From positions 1,600,001 to 1,664,000 of the forward strand of contig OY730476.1 of the NCBI GenBank assembly GCA_963422735.1: a stretch of DNA of 64,000 nt, written 5' to 3'. Below, piece after piece: positions 1 through 9,447 of the stretch (within the stretch, counting starts at the first letter, position 1; every line of letters begins with the position of its first letter). The position numbers and the translations under genes were made by a program. This DNA comes from Candidatus Latescibacterota bacterium. GTDB taxonomy: Bacteria > Latescibacterota > UBA2968 > UBA8231. The notes under the pieces are model-generated. The model ran no database searches, was not told where the DNA came from, and was given only the letters and a program-made list of their open reading frames with translations.

Positions 1-13
1 CGGCCGCGATGAG

Positions 14-2050
14 ATGATCCGCCAGCTAAACGAGGCGTCTTGCATCGTGTTCGGCGGGCGACAGCTGGGCAAATCCTCCCTGTTGCGCCAAGTGGAGCGC
101 GAGTTCCACCAACCCACACGCAAGCAATACGCTTGGGTTGAGGACATCAAGCTAGTGGGAGATATACTTACAGGCGAGCAGCCGGCTCGGCTGTGGATCA
201 AATTGCGCGATGGCTTTAAGAATAACTCTCTAATAAGAGCAACAGAGGCAAACCAGCCTGAAAGGATCATCCAATACATCAAGAAAGCGATGGAGGAGTC
301 GCCCCAGCTGCGAGTTTTGGTTCTGTTTGACGAAGCCGATCACTTTCTCTCCGCCGATGCCAAGAACGGTTTCCAAGTGGTCGAGGGCTTGCGGAACTTG
401 ATGTCGAATACCCAAGGGCGCTTCAGAGTAGTCTTTGCTGGCCTGCACGATGTCCAGCGTTTTAACAATATCGCCAATCAGCCTCTGGCCCATTTCGGTC
501 AGAGCTTATTGATAGGACCTCTAGAGGCTGAGCCAGCCCAGCAGTTAGTGCAAGAGCCGCTAGATATATTGGGCTACCGGTTCGCCGATGAGACCACCGT
601 GCTCAAAGTTTTGTCCTACACCAATTACCACCCGGGTTTGATACAGTACTTCTGTCACGAACTCGTCAACCGGCTCCAGGAAAAAAAGTATTCGTCGGGA
701 CCGCCCTATGAAGTGCTCGCAGACGATGTAGAGGCAGTATATCGCACCCCTAGAGCACGGCAGATCATTCGGGAACGGCTTGACTGGACCTTGGCCCTAG
801 ATCATCGCTACCAGTGCATCGCTTGGACTATGATCTATGCCCAGAAAGAGACGCGCGATAGCTATGTCCGTTCATTCAGCGCAGCCGAACTTCTCGAACT
901 AGCGCATGAGGAGTGGTCGCAGGGTTTCGAGAAATGCGATAGCCAAGTTTTTAGGGTATTGCTCGAAGAAATGGTTGGCTTGGGTATATTGGTGCGCAAT
1001 TTGGAAAACCAATATCTGCTACGCAGTCCCAATCTGGTTCGCCTCATGGGTACCGTAGAGGATATAGAGTACCGTTTGCTAGAACTGGCTGAAAAATCTC
1101 CACCGTCTCAACTTCGTCCCGAAAGTCAGCATGTGTTGCTAGAGGCCCAAAACCGCCTGTATAGTCCCTTGACGTTGACGCAGCAAAGCGATTTGCAAGA
1201 AAGTGGGGAGTCGGGCGTAGCTTTAGTTTTTTGCTCTCCAGCATTGGGGCTGAATGTGTTGGACCAAGCCTTAAACCGCATAGGCGGAAGCGAGATTCCC
1301 GCCCAAGAATTGACCCGAGTCGAACGAACCTGTGCGTGGTTGCAAGACTATGCTGCCCGGAAACGACCCGGGGCCGACCAGTCCTTGGTGTATGGCCAAC
1401 TCAAGGGCACAGGAGGCAATATGGCCCAATGCGTCTGGCGCGTATGGCAAATGTGCGAAATTTTTAAGCAGGGGCGAAGACGGCCGCTAAAAGTGGTTTT
1501 TGCTTTCAATCCAGCGGCCACTCGGTCTTGGCTGAAGGTAGATGCAGACCAGCGCACAGATCGGGAAAATCGGGCGGAGCTCATGTATCTGCGCCGTTGG
1601 GACGAAGTAGGCATTCAGCAGGCGTTGAGCCAAGCCGAGAAAATGGATTCGCCCGAGGTCTGTCAAAAGGTACTGGAAGCTACGGGGGGATGGCCTTTCT
1701 TGCTGGACGCTCTTTTGCGCCGGTGTGGCGACGATACCAACCCTCGACCTTATGCAGATACCTTGATCGAGGAGACGGGGTCTGAGTTGCTACGTCAGGT
1801 TGGATTGGATTATCAGGAGTCTCTGGTTTTGCGGAAGCTCGCCGAGCTTGGCACAGTCCAAGATACGGATGAAGATTTAGAGACCTTGAGAAGTTTTATA
1901 AATGAAGACACTCTCGAAGATGACGCTCCTCTTACGATAGATGCCTGTAGGCTGACTGTGGAGTTTTTGCACCGAATGCAATGCCTTAAAAAGAATAACG
2001 AGGAGTACCGCGTTGAGTCCGTCTTGGGTCAAGTAGTTAGCCTTCTATGA
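14..2050 (+). CDS. STAND/AAA-type P-loop NTPase, probably 5'-truncated by the window edge; second degenerate NTPase-like module in the C-terminal half
   Basis: Walker A GGRQLGKSS, Walker B VLVLFDEAD, STAND-type helical motif TNYHPGLIQ; a second TGGWPFLL motif near the C-terminus; frame open from the window start. Confidence 0.75.
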   Translation: MIRQLNEASCIVFGGRQLGKSSLLRQVEREFHQPTRKQYAWVEDIKLVGDILTGEQPARLWIKLRDGFKNNSLIRATEANQPERIIQYIKKAMEESPQLRVLVLFDEADHFLSADAKNGFQVVEGLRNLMSNTQGRFRVVFAGLHDVQRFNNIANQPLAHFGQSLLIGPLEAEPAQQLVQEPLDILGYRFADETTVLKVLSYTNYHPGLIQYFCHELVNRLQEKKYSSGPPYEVLADDVEAVYRTPRARQIIRERLDWTLALDHRYQCIAWTMIYAQKETRDSYVRSFSAAELLELAHEEWSQGFEKCDSQVFRVLLEEMVGLGILVRNLENQYLLRSPNLVRLMGTVEDIEYRLLELAEKSPPSQLRPESQHVLLEAQNRLYSPLTLTQQSDLQESGESGVALVFCSPALGLNVLDQALNRIGGSEIPAQELTRVERTCAWLQDYAARKRPGADQSLVYGQLKGTGGNMAQCVWRVWQMCEIFKQGRRRPLKVVFAFNPAATRSWLKVDADQRTDRENRAELMYLRRWDEVGIQQALSQAEKMDSPEVCQKVLEATGGWPFLLDALLRRCGDDTNPRPYADTLIEETGSELLRQVGLDYQESLVLRKLAELGTVQDTDEDLETLRSFINEDTLEDDAPLTIDACRLTVEFLHRMQCLKKNNEEYRVESVLGQVVSLL

Positions 2051-3333
2051 GCTTGGGACTGACTAATTCCCTCGTGCAGATGCCCACGGCCCGGCAACTG
2101 CTCAACCTCATGCTGCGCGACCTGAGGAGCGGCCGCAGTGTGTTGGGCTTGCTACCCGAAGGAGTTGATTCCAGTCTGCTGCGGTCGGCTTTGTGGGATG
2201 GTCTGGAGCACTTGCATCTGCATATTGAAGAGATTGCTATATCCGATTTAGACGCCCAAATACCAATAGCGGCTTTAGGTCAAGCTATGGGAGTAGATTG
2301 GGGTGCTCCTACTACAGCGCGCACGGTAGGCAATCTCTTAAAACAAGCAGACTGGCTCGAAATTTTGTTCCTCGAGGGCTTTAACGAATTAACTGAAGAA
2401 AGCCGAGTACAGTGGCTGCAACTTATGGAGAGGTGGGCACGAGAATGCCAAGGTGGGGACTATGCTGACGCGAGCCCCCCGGCACTATGTCTGCTGGCTG
2501 AAGCATCGAAAATACCTTACTCACTTCCCGCAGCGAATGTATTGCTGTCCATCCATGTCTGGAGGGGCATCCCCACTACTGCGGAAATGCGGTTGTTGTG
2601 CCAATTGGCCGGTGAGCAGGATACTACTCCTTTAAGCTGCTGGAAAGAGCACACGATTCCATCCCTTGCGGGTTCTGATTTGGAATTGGTCGATTATTTG
2701 TGGGCAGAAGAGTATTGCGATGGAAGAGAATTGGCGGGTGTACTACAGATTTTTGCTGAGAGGCGCGGCTGGAATCAGGATGAGTTAGAGGCTTGGTCGG
2801 CTCATAGACTGCCCCAAGATGCGACTACTTGGCTAGATGACTGGCCGTTGTCTCCTCGTTTATACAGGGCTTGGGCCCGGGGGATAGTGCATTGGACCCC
2901 GGAGCACGGTCTGGAACGCCACAGCGCGGTCTTGGCCATGCTGGATCAACAAGAAGCCTTGGATCATCGATTGTGGCGTGGTCAGGCAGAATTTCTCTTG
3001 GCCCAAATTGACCAAATACGATTGGGTTTGTGTGCTCACCTCAACGAAACCTATGGACCAGCTTGGCCTTATAAGTGGCAAAAACCGGAGACCGATATAG
3101 AATGTCAGGAGGTAAGAGAAACGCCCTTTGCCTGTCAGTGGGGGCACCTGAAATTTTTGCTGCAAAACTGCTCGGAACTGCATAGAGAACGACGGTGGTC
3201 TTCCTTAGTGCAATACTCGTGGCACATTCGCACGAAACTAGCGCACTATCGCCCTATATCCCTCCAAGAATACGAAAAATTCTACCGGGAACGAATGCTT
3301 AGTCATCGGAACGGTCCATTGACCGCTTGGTGA
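2047..3333 (+). CDS. Hypothetical partner of the NTPase with C-terminal RxxxxH (HEPN-like) motif
   Basis: ATGA 4-bp overlap with the NTPase gene; 428 aa; C-terminal IRTKLAHYRP. Confidence 0.6.
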   Translation: MSLGLTNSLVQMPTARQLLNLMLRDLRSGRSVLGLLPEGVDSSLLRSALWDGLEHLHLHIEEIAISDLDAQIPIAALGQAMGVDWGAPTTARTVGNLLKQADWLEILFLEGFNELTEESRVQWLQLMERWARECQGGDYADASPPALCLLAEASKIPYSLPAANVLLSIHVWRGIPTTAEMRLLCQLAGEQDTTPLSCWKEHTIPSLAGSDLELVDYLWAEEYCDGRELAGVLQIFAERRGWNQDELEAWSAHRLPQDATTWLDDWPLSPRLYRAWARGIVHWTPEHGLERHSAVLAMLDQQEALDHRLWRGQAEFLLAQIDQIRLGLCAHLNETYGPAWPYKWQKPETDIECQEVRETPFACQWGHLKFLLQNCSELHRERRWSSLVQYSWHIRTKLAHYRPISLQEYEKFYRERMLSHRNGPLTAW

Positions 3334-3359
3334 TACATCGGCCTGCATCTGAATTGACT

Positions 3360-4319
3360 ATGGAACGCCTACGCAGACTCATGCGGCACAACGACTCCGG
3401 AATCGCCTTGTCGGCGGGGTTGTTGTTTATGGGATGTGCGCTCAGCTCGGAGAGCTTTCTATCGGCGTACAACCTCTTCAATATCTCCCGGATCGTTGCG
3501 TTTTCCGCGTTGGTGGCGCTGGCGCAGGCGGTAGTGCTGGTCGCCGGGGGGATGAACCTATCCGTGGGGGCCATCGGCGGCTTGGCGACCATCGCCACTG
3601 GGTACTGCATCGAGGTGTTGGGTCTGCCGGGGTGGTTAGCGGCGTTGGTGGCACTGGGGATCGGAGGCGTGGCCGGGTGGGTCAACGGGGTCATCATCAC
3701 GCGGTTGCAGATCAATTCCTTTATCGCCACGCTGGCTACGCTCTTTGTCTTTACGGGGTTGGTACATGGGTTTTCCGAAGGCTACGCCTATACGGACATC
3801 CCTCGGGAATTCACGTTTTTAGGGCGACAGAAGTTTTTGGGGCTGTCGAATTTGTTCTGGACGATGGGGCTGGTGCTGCTGGCGACGCACTACGCATTTC
3901 GGCACACGGTTTTCGGGCGGCGGCTGTTGGCGACCGGGGGGAATCAGGAGGCGGCTAGGCTAGCGGGGATCCATACCGACCGGATGATTTTGCTGTCGCA
4001 CGTGCTGTCGGGTGGAGTGGGTGCGCTGGCCGCGGTGTTGTGGGTCTCGCGGATGGGCTCGGCGCAACCGGCGACTGGTAAGGACTGGCTGATTACCAGC
4101 TTTGCGGTAGCCATTGTTGGGGGGACTGGGCTGGCGGGTGGGCGCATCTCGGCACTGGGCCTGCTATTAGGGGCAGTCATCATCGTTCTCATCAAGAACG
4201 GCTTGGTGATGCTGGAGGCCAACGTCTATTACGAGCAGGCGTTTTTGGGGTCGATCATCCTGTTGGCCGTGGTGGTGAGCCGGGTGCGGGAGCTGTATGG
4301 CGGGCGAGGCGGAGGTTAG
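3360..4319 (+). CDS. Sugar ABC transporter permease (RbsC/BPD_transp_2 family), orphan
   Basis: Hydrophobic; motifs GGMNLSVG, FIATLAT, GRRLLATGGNQEAARLAGI, VGGTGLAGG; start taken at ATG 3360. Confidence 0.9.
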   Translation: MERLRRLMRHNDSGIALSAGLLFMGCALSSESFLSAYNLFNISRIVAFSALVALAQAVVLVAGGMNLSVGAIGGLATIATGYCIEVLGLPGWLAALVALGIGGVAGWVNGVIITRLQINSFIATLATLFVFTGLVHGFSEGYAYTDIPREFTFLGRQKFLGLSNLFWTMGLVLLATHYAFRHTVFGRRLLATGGNQEAARLAGIHTDRMILLSHVLSGGVGALAAVLWVSRMGSAQPATGKDWLITSFAVAIVGGTGLAGGRISALGLLLGAVIIVLIKNGLVMLEANVYYEQAFLGSIILLAVVVSRVRELYGGRGGG

Positions 4320-4417
4320 CGAGCCGATCCAATCGGTCGCGAAGGCAGAGACGTTCATTAGGCCAGATAGTGGCTAGGGAAGCTAAGGCTGTCGCTCTAT
4401 CTCTTGACTAGTAGAGA

Positions 4418-4440
4418 ATGATCTCACATGATGAGATCAT
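4418..4440. promoter_or_regulatory. Palindromic operator upstream of antitoxin remnant
   Basis: ATGATCTCA-catga-TGAGATCAT perfect 9-bp inverted repeat downstream of TTGACT (4404). Confidence 0.5.
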
Positions 4441-4480
4441 ATTGCCCGCACATATTAGTTGTATCTCAAGGAGGTACGCC

Positions 4481-4695
4481 TTGGCGGATGTTCTGAAGAG
4501 CATGACCCTGCGTGGGCTGGATCCCCAGCTTGCCGCCAAGTTGAGGAAAGTGGCCGAACAGGAAGGCAAGAGCGTGAACCTAGCGGCACCAGAAGCCCTC
4601 CGCAAGCAGTTCGGATTGGACAAACTCCGTCGGTTCACGAAGATCACCTGTTCGGACGCTGGGACGAGGATGAGTTCACTCAGATTCAAAAGTAG
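4481..4695 (+). pseudogene. Frameshifted ribbon-helix-helix (Arc/CopG-like) antitoxin remnant
   Basis: RBS AAGGAGG at 4468; KSMTLRGLDPQLAAKLRKVAEQEGKSVN...RRFTK continues in another frame as DHLFGRWDEDEF; no toxin follows. Confidence 0.6.
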
Positions 4696-4708
4696 CCCAA
4701 TAATTACT

Positions 4709-7576
4709 TCATTTTTTATAAGCCCCTTCTTCTCCCGGCTCGCCTGACTCCTCTGGATAGAGCACTACCCGCACGTAGCGGTCCATATTGAAATACTTCT
4801 GCGCCGCCTGCTGCACCGCCTCCCCCGTCAGCGAATCGACCAACGCTGGATACTGAATCAGCAGCCTCGGATCGACCCCGTTGAAGTCGAGCGCCTCCAA
4901 AGACCCAGCCCAGAAGCTGTTCTCCTTGAGGTCGGTCTCGCGCTGGCGCTTGCGCATTTCCTTGACCTTATCGACATAGAGGTCGGTAGTGCCGACGGTT
5001 TTTAGGCTGTCGATCTGCTCAAAGACCACCTGAGTCAGCTCTTCGACGCGCCCGGGATCGCTGCCAAAGGTGATGGAAATGCGGTATTCCTCATCTGGGT
5101 AGCGCGCGCCGCTGCTGCTGACCCATACCCCATAGGTGCCGCCCAAATCCTCGCGCAACACCTCGCGCAGCTTGATCTGCAGCACGGAGGTCATGGCCCT
5201 GAGTTCGAGGTTGTTTTTCCAGCCGTCGTATTCAAAAGGACCAGTGAAAATCAGCCGCGATTGGCTCTTGGGTTCGATGCCGCGATAGACCGCTTTGTCG
5301 ATCACGCCCTCCGGGGCCTCAATGCCGACATCGCGCCAAGTCTCCTCCCGTCCCGTAGTCGGCAAACCGCCCAAATAGGTGCACACCAGCGGCTCCATCT
5401 CGTCGAGGGTGAAATTGCCGACAAAGAAAAACGAGAAGTCGCCGACATCGGCAAAGCGATCTTGGTACACGGCCATGGACGTGGCCAAGTCCATCTCGTC
5501 GAGCAACTCCAGCGACCAAGGACGCGCCCGGTGGTGATACTGCGCCATGGTGACCGCAATGGTGTCGCCGAAAGCCGTCTCCGGGCGCACACTGCGATTC
5601 TGGATGGAGCCTCTCATGCGCGTCTGATAGGCTTGGAAGGCCGTGCTGTCCTGTCGCGGCGCGGTGAAGAAGGCGTAGATCAGCTCGAACAGGGTCTGGA
5701 TATCTTCGGGCGAGGCCGAGCCAGAAATGCCCTCCCGCAAGCTGCTGATCCACGGCGATACTCGCACCACTTTGCCGGCCAGTTTCTTCTCCAGTGCGAT
5801 CTTGTCAAACGGCCCGACGCCGCCTTCGCTCACCACGGCGGTCGCCGTCGAGGCCGCCACGTAGTCCGCGTCGGGGACCAACGAATGCCCGCCGGGGCTA
5901 TAGGCCCGGAAGAGGATCTCATCGTTTTTGAAGTCCGTTGGTTTCAGGCACACTCGGATGCCATTGGCGAGGGTCCACCAAGTCGCGCCGATCTCGGGGA
6001 TTTGGCTGCGTTCGACGACTTCAGCCGGAGCTGGCACTTGCGCCACCAGCGGCTCGTCGGACACCTCGTCGGCGTATGGCGCGATTTCCTGCTGCGCCAC
6101 CTCGGCGAAGATCGCCAGCATATCTTGCTCGCTGGGCACGGCAATGTCCTCTTGCTCGGGTGCCTCTACGGCGATCACCCGGTTCTTTTCGCTCGTCCAC
6201 TCGCTGGCCAGCGCATTGACCTCCTCCAGAGCAATGCCGGGGACCAACTCTTGGTAGAGTTCGTACTCCTTGGCAATGCCGGGGATGGCCTCGTCGGTCA
6301 GCAGGTGGCGCACGTATTCGGCGGCAAAACCGCTCGACTGCTGCTTGTCGCGCTCGCGGTAGGACTGCTCCATGCCGCGCAGCATTTCCTTTTTCTCGCG
6401 CTCCAGCTCAGAGGCAGTAAAGCCGTATTCTCGCACTCGAGCCGCTTCAATCAACAGGGCATCAAGCCCGGCGTCGAAACCGTTGTTTTGCACCCCAGCG
6501 CCGAGGATGAAGAACTCCTTGGAGCGCAGCCAGCGTCCCTGGCCCGAATAAGCACCCAAAAAGGGCGGCTCGGGCCGCTTGGTCAGTTCGTGCAGCCGCT
6601 GGTTGAACATCCGGTGATATAGGGCCTCAATCAGCGAGCGGCGGTAGGTGCTCACCGTTCCTTGGGGCCGCACATCCATTTTGTAGTAGATGCTGACGCT
6701 GTTGTACGTGGCTTCTGGATCGGTGGCAATGGCGAAGAGCGTCTCCTCGTGGTCGGGCACGGGGAACACCGTGCGTTCGCCGGGGCTTGCTGCCGCCGGG
6801 ATGCGCGCAAAATACTCCTGCACTAGCGCCTCTATTGCCGCTGGCTCAATGTCGCCGACGGCCACAAAACCCATCAGATCGGGCCGGTACCAAGTGCGGT
6901 AAAAGCGGCGTAGAGCCTCGTGTTGAAAGGTGTCGAGCACGGCCTTCTGGCCGATGGGCAAGCGCACGGCGTAGCGCGAATCTTTTAGGAGGATGGGCAA
7001 TTGCTGGTCGAACATGCGCTGCTGAGCACCGCGCCTCAGCCGCCACTCTTCGATGACTACGCCCCGTTCCTTGTCGATCTCCTCGGTCTCAAAGCTGATC
7101 TGGTGCGCCCAATCCTCCAAAATTTGGAAGGCTGTCTGCACCACCTCGGCGCTGTCGGTGGGTACCGTCAGCATGTACACTGTTTCGTCGAAGCTGGTGT
7201 ACGCATTGAGGTCCGGCCCAAAGCGCATGCCGATTAGCTCCAGATAGTCCACCAACTCCTGCTTGGCAAAGTTTTTGGTGCCATTGAAGGCCATGTGCTC
7301 GGCAAAGTGCGCCAGCCCCTGCTGATTCTCGTCCTCCAAAACCGAGCCTACATCAACCACCAGCCGCAGTTCGACCCGGTTTTCGGGCTTCTGATTTTTG
7401 CGGATGACGTAGCGCAGGCCGTTGTCTAGCTGGCCGACGGTCACCAGCGAATCAATGGGCAGCTTTTCCTCGATCGTCTCCTCCACCGCGGCTTGCTGCA
7501 TGGGCGTTGGCGATGTGCTGGCGCAGGCGCACAGCAGCATTGGAAACACAACGAACAGCATCAAAACTCGTCTCAT
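4709..7576 (-). CDS. M16 family zinc protease (PqqL-like), probable lipoprotein
   Basis: Inverted zinc motif HFAEHMAF, NAYTSFDETVY, two M16 halves, N-terminal signal with Cys. Confidence 0.93.
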   Translation of the reverse strand: MRRVLMLFVVFPMLLCACASTSPTPMQQAAVEETIEEKLPIDSLVTVGQLDNGLRYVIRKNQKPENRVELRLVVDVGSVLEDENQQGLAHFAEHMAFNGTKNFAKQELVDYLELIGMRFGPDLNAYTSFDETVYMLTVPTDSAEVVQTAFQILEDWAHQISFETEEIDKERGVVIEEWRLRRGAQQRMFDQQLPILLKDSRYAVRLPIGQKAVLDTFQHEALRRFYRTWYRPDLMGFVAVGDIEPAAIEALVQEYFARIPAAASPGERTVFPVPDHEETLFAIATDPEATYNSVSIYYKMDVRPQGTVSTYRRSLIEALYHRMFNQRLHELTKRPEPPFLGAYSGQGRWLRSKEFFILGAGVQNNGFDAGLDALLIEAARVREYGFTASELEREKKEMLRGMEQSYRERDKQQSSGFAAEYVRHLLTDEAIPGIAKEYELYQELVPGIALEEVNALASEWTSEKNRVIAVEAPEQEDIAVPSEQDMLAIFAEVAQQEIAPYADEVSDEPLVAQVPAPAEVVERSQIPEIGATWWTLANGIRVCLKPTDFKNDEILFRAYSPGGHSLVPDADYVAASTATAVVSEGGVGPFDKIALEKKLAGKVVRVSPWISSLREGISGSASPEDIQTLFELIYAFFTAPRQDSTAFQAYQTRMRGSIQNRSVRPETAFGDTIAVTMAQYHHRARPWSLELLDEMDLATSMAVYQDRFADVGDFSFFFVGNFTLDEMEPLVCTYLGGLPTTGREETWRDVGIEAPEGVIDKAVYRGIEPKSQSRLIFTGPFEYDGWKNNLELRAMTSVLQIKLREVLREDLGGTYGVWVSSSGARYPDEEYRISITFGSDPGRVEELTQVVFEQIDSLKTVGTTDLYVDKVKEMRKRQRETDLKENSFWAGSLEALDFNGVDPRLLIQYPALVDSLTGEAVQQAAQKYFNMDRYVRVVLYPEESGEPGEEGAYKK

Positions 7577-7619
7577 CTAAGACTCCTGTTTTAAGTGGTT
7601 AATAGCCGATTAATCCACT

Positions 7620-7946
7620 TCAATTAGCGGTTCGCTCTAGGATGGAAATTTTCGCTTTGGGATGCGTACGGAGGATGCCGTGCATCCCCTGAACGGTGCG
7701 TCGATCCACTTCTCGGGCGTAAACTTGGTCCCAGAACGCTGCATTCTCTTGCTGCTCTTTGCTCAGATCTTCGAGGTATATTTCGTCTTCTTCTGCCGAA
7801 AATAGCAAATCAAAGACCTGATCGGGTACAGCGTATCGTTCAAAACGGCTGTTCAGTGCTTCATCGACAATGGCGGTATGGTTTTCTTGGTCGAGGCATG
7901 CATCATATAATTTCGCTCTTGTATAAGAATAGTGCCAGACCACCAA
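7620..7946 (-). CDS. Hypothetical protein, possibly a fragment
   Basis: 108-aa ORF with lower GC filling the gap between two co-oriented genes; no motif recognised. Confidence 0.4.
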   Translation of the reverse strand: MVVWHYSYTRAKLYDACLDQENHTAIVDEALNSRFERYAVPDQVFDLLFSAEEDEIYLEDLSKEQQENAAFWDQVYAREVDRRTVQGMHGILRTHPKAKISILERTAN

Positions 7947-7952
7947 GGCATC

Positions 7953-9443
7953 TCATTTGACGCTTGACGCTACTGGCGCAGAAGAGGGGCCACTGACAAA
8001 CGCCGCGCTCGCTTCGGCAATGGAGCCAAACGCGCCGTCGGCCACGGCGGCGCACAGCGCAGCACCAACGGCCGCCTCTTCGCCGTGCGAGCCTACGTGC
8101 AGCGGCATAGCAAACTCAGCCTCCAACGCCGCCCGCAGCACGGGATTCAGCTCGACGCCGTTGCCCGCGCCAACCAGCTTGGAGCGCACACCCGCGCCCA
8201 GCCTGATGGCCGCGCGATACGAGTCGGCCAGTTCGGCGGCCATGCCTTCCAGCAGCGCACGCGTTAAATGCCCGGCAGTCAGCGTCGCAGCGGTCAGCTC
8301 GCGGAAGGCAGCTTTGGCGCGTGGCCTGCTGCGCGACCCGGAAAACAGCGGGTCGGCGCGCACGCCCTCGGCCCCGGCCGGCACGTCGGCCGCTAAGGCT
8401 ACGAGCCGCTCGTAGAGGGCCTCGCTGTCGGGTTGGATATCGGCGAGGACATAGAGGGTGTCGGCGAAGAAGTCGCGCAAGGTTCTGAACGTCCGTCCGC
8501 CAACGGCCCCCACGCCGGCGAGCAGATAGCCGCGCTGCATATAGGGACGGAGTTCGAGCCAGCCGCACGGCAATGGAGCTTCGATGTGCAGTGCGGCTTG
8601 CCCGCCGGTGCCGACATTGACGGCCACGGTGTTGGCGCAATCGGCGACCGTGCCGGCAAAGCTGCACTGGTGATCGCCGGATGCCACGGCGACAGGCAGC
8701 CCCGCTGGAACGCCGAGCTTGTGGGCCATCGCTGCGGTTAGGGAGCCGGCCATGGTACACGATGAGACGAGATCGGGAAACAGCGACTGGTCCAGGCCGA
8801 GCGCGGCGATAAGCTCGTCCGCCCAGCCGCGCTGGGCCACGTCATAGACGCCCCAGCCGAGCGCATCTGTGGGATCGACAACCGGTCGTTTGCCCACCAA
8901 GCGCGACACCACAAACTCAGGGGCCGTTGTGCCGCTGACGCCGCTGGGAAGCTGATGGTTGGCTTGCAGCCAAAACAGGTGCGGCGCAGCATGGCCAGCC
9001 ACGAGGGGGCAGCCGGTATGGGCAAAGGCGAGCAGCTCTCCCTCGGCGGCGGTAGCACCCCCGCGCTGGGCCATGGCGTCGAGGTAAGTGTGCCGATGAT
9101 CCGGTAGAGGGTCTTGGGCACGTTGGTCCTGCCAAGAGAAAAAAGGACCTACGGCATTGAGCGCGGCGTCGAGGAGCTGCAGGCCCTGTTGCTGCCCGGT
9201 GACGCCGATGGCCGCTGGCCGGGCGCTGGTGCGGGCTACGAGTGCGGCGGCGTTGTCAATGGCTAGCTCGGTCATCGCGTCGAGGTCCCACTCCGAGCGG
9301 CTGATTCGCTTGTCCGCTGCGGAGGTTACTTCGGATAAATTGGCCGTACTGGCTGCGCCGACGACGGCGTTGGTGTCGAGGTCAATGACGATGGCGACGA
9401 CGGTCGTAGAGCCGATGTCTAGCGCGAGATAGTGCATTGACAT
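7953..9443 (-). CDS. FGGY-family carbohydrate kinase (sedoheptulokinase/xylulokinase-like)
   Basis: LDIGSTT, IGVTGQQQG, SGDHQCS, VNVGTGGQ, AAVGAAL motifs. Confidence 0.88.
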   Translation of the reverse strand: MSMHYLALDIGSTTVVAIVIDLDTNAVVGAASTANLSEVTSAADKRISRSEWDLDAMTELAIDNAAALVARTSARPAAIGVTGQQQGLQLLDAALNAVGPFFSWQDQRAQDPLPDHRHTYLDAMAQRGGATAAEGELLAFAHTGCPLVAGHAAPHLFWLQANHQLPSGVSGTTAPEFVVSRLVGKRPVVDPTDALGWGVYDVAQRGWADELIAALGLDQSLFPDLVSSCTMAGSLTAAMAHKLGVPAGLPVAVASGDHQCSFAGTVADCANTVAVNVGTGGQAALHIEAPLPCGWLELRPYMQRGYLLAGVGAVGGRTFRTLRDFFADTLYVLADIQPDSEALYERLVALAADVPAGAEGVRADPLFSGSRSRPRAKAAFRELTAATLTAGHLTRALLEGMAAELADSYRAAIRLGAGVRSKLVGAGNGVELNPVLRAALEAEFAMPLHVGSHGEEAAVGAALCAAVADGAFGSIAEASAAFVSGPSSAPVASSVK

Positions 9444-9447
9444 GAGA

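Noticed and set aside
5261-6622. 453-aa + strand ORF
   Set aside because: Antisense shadow of the M16 protease; expected in GC-rich DNA and has no motifs.
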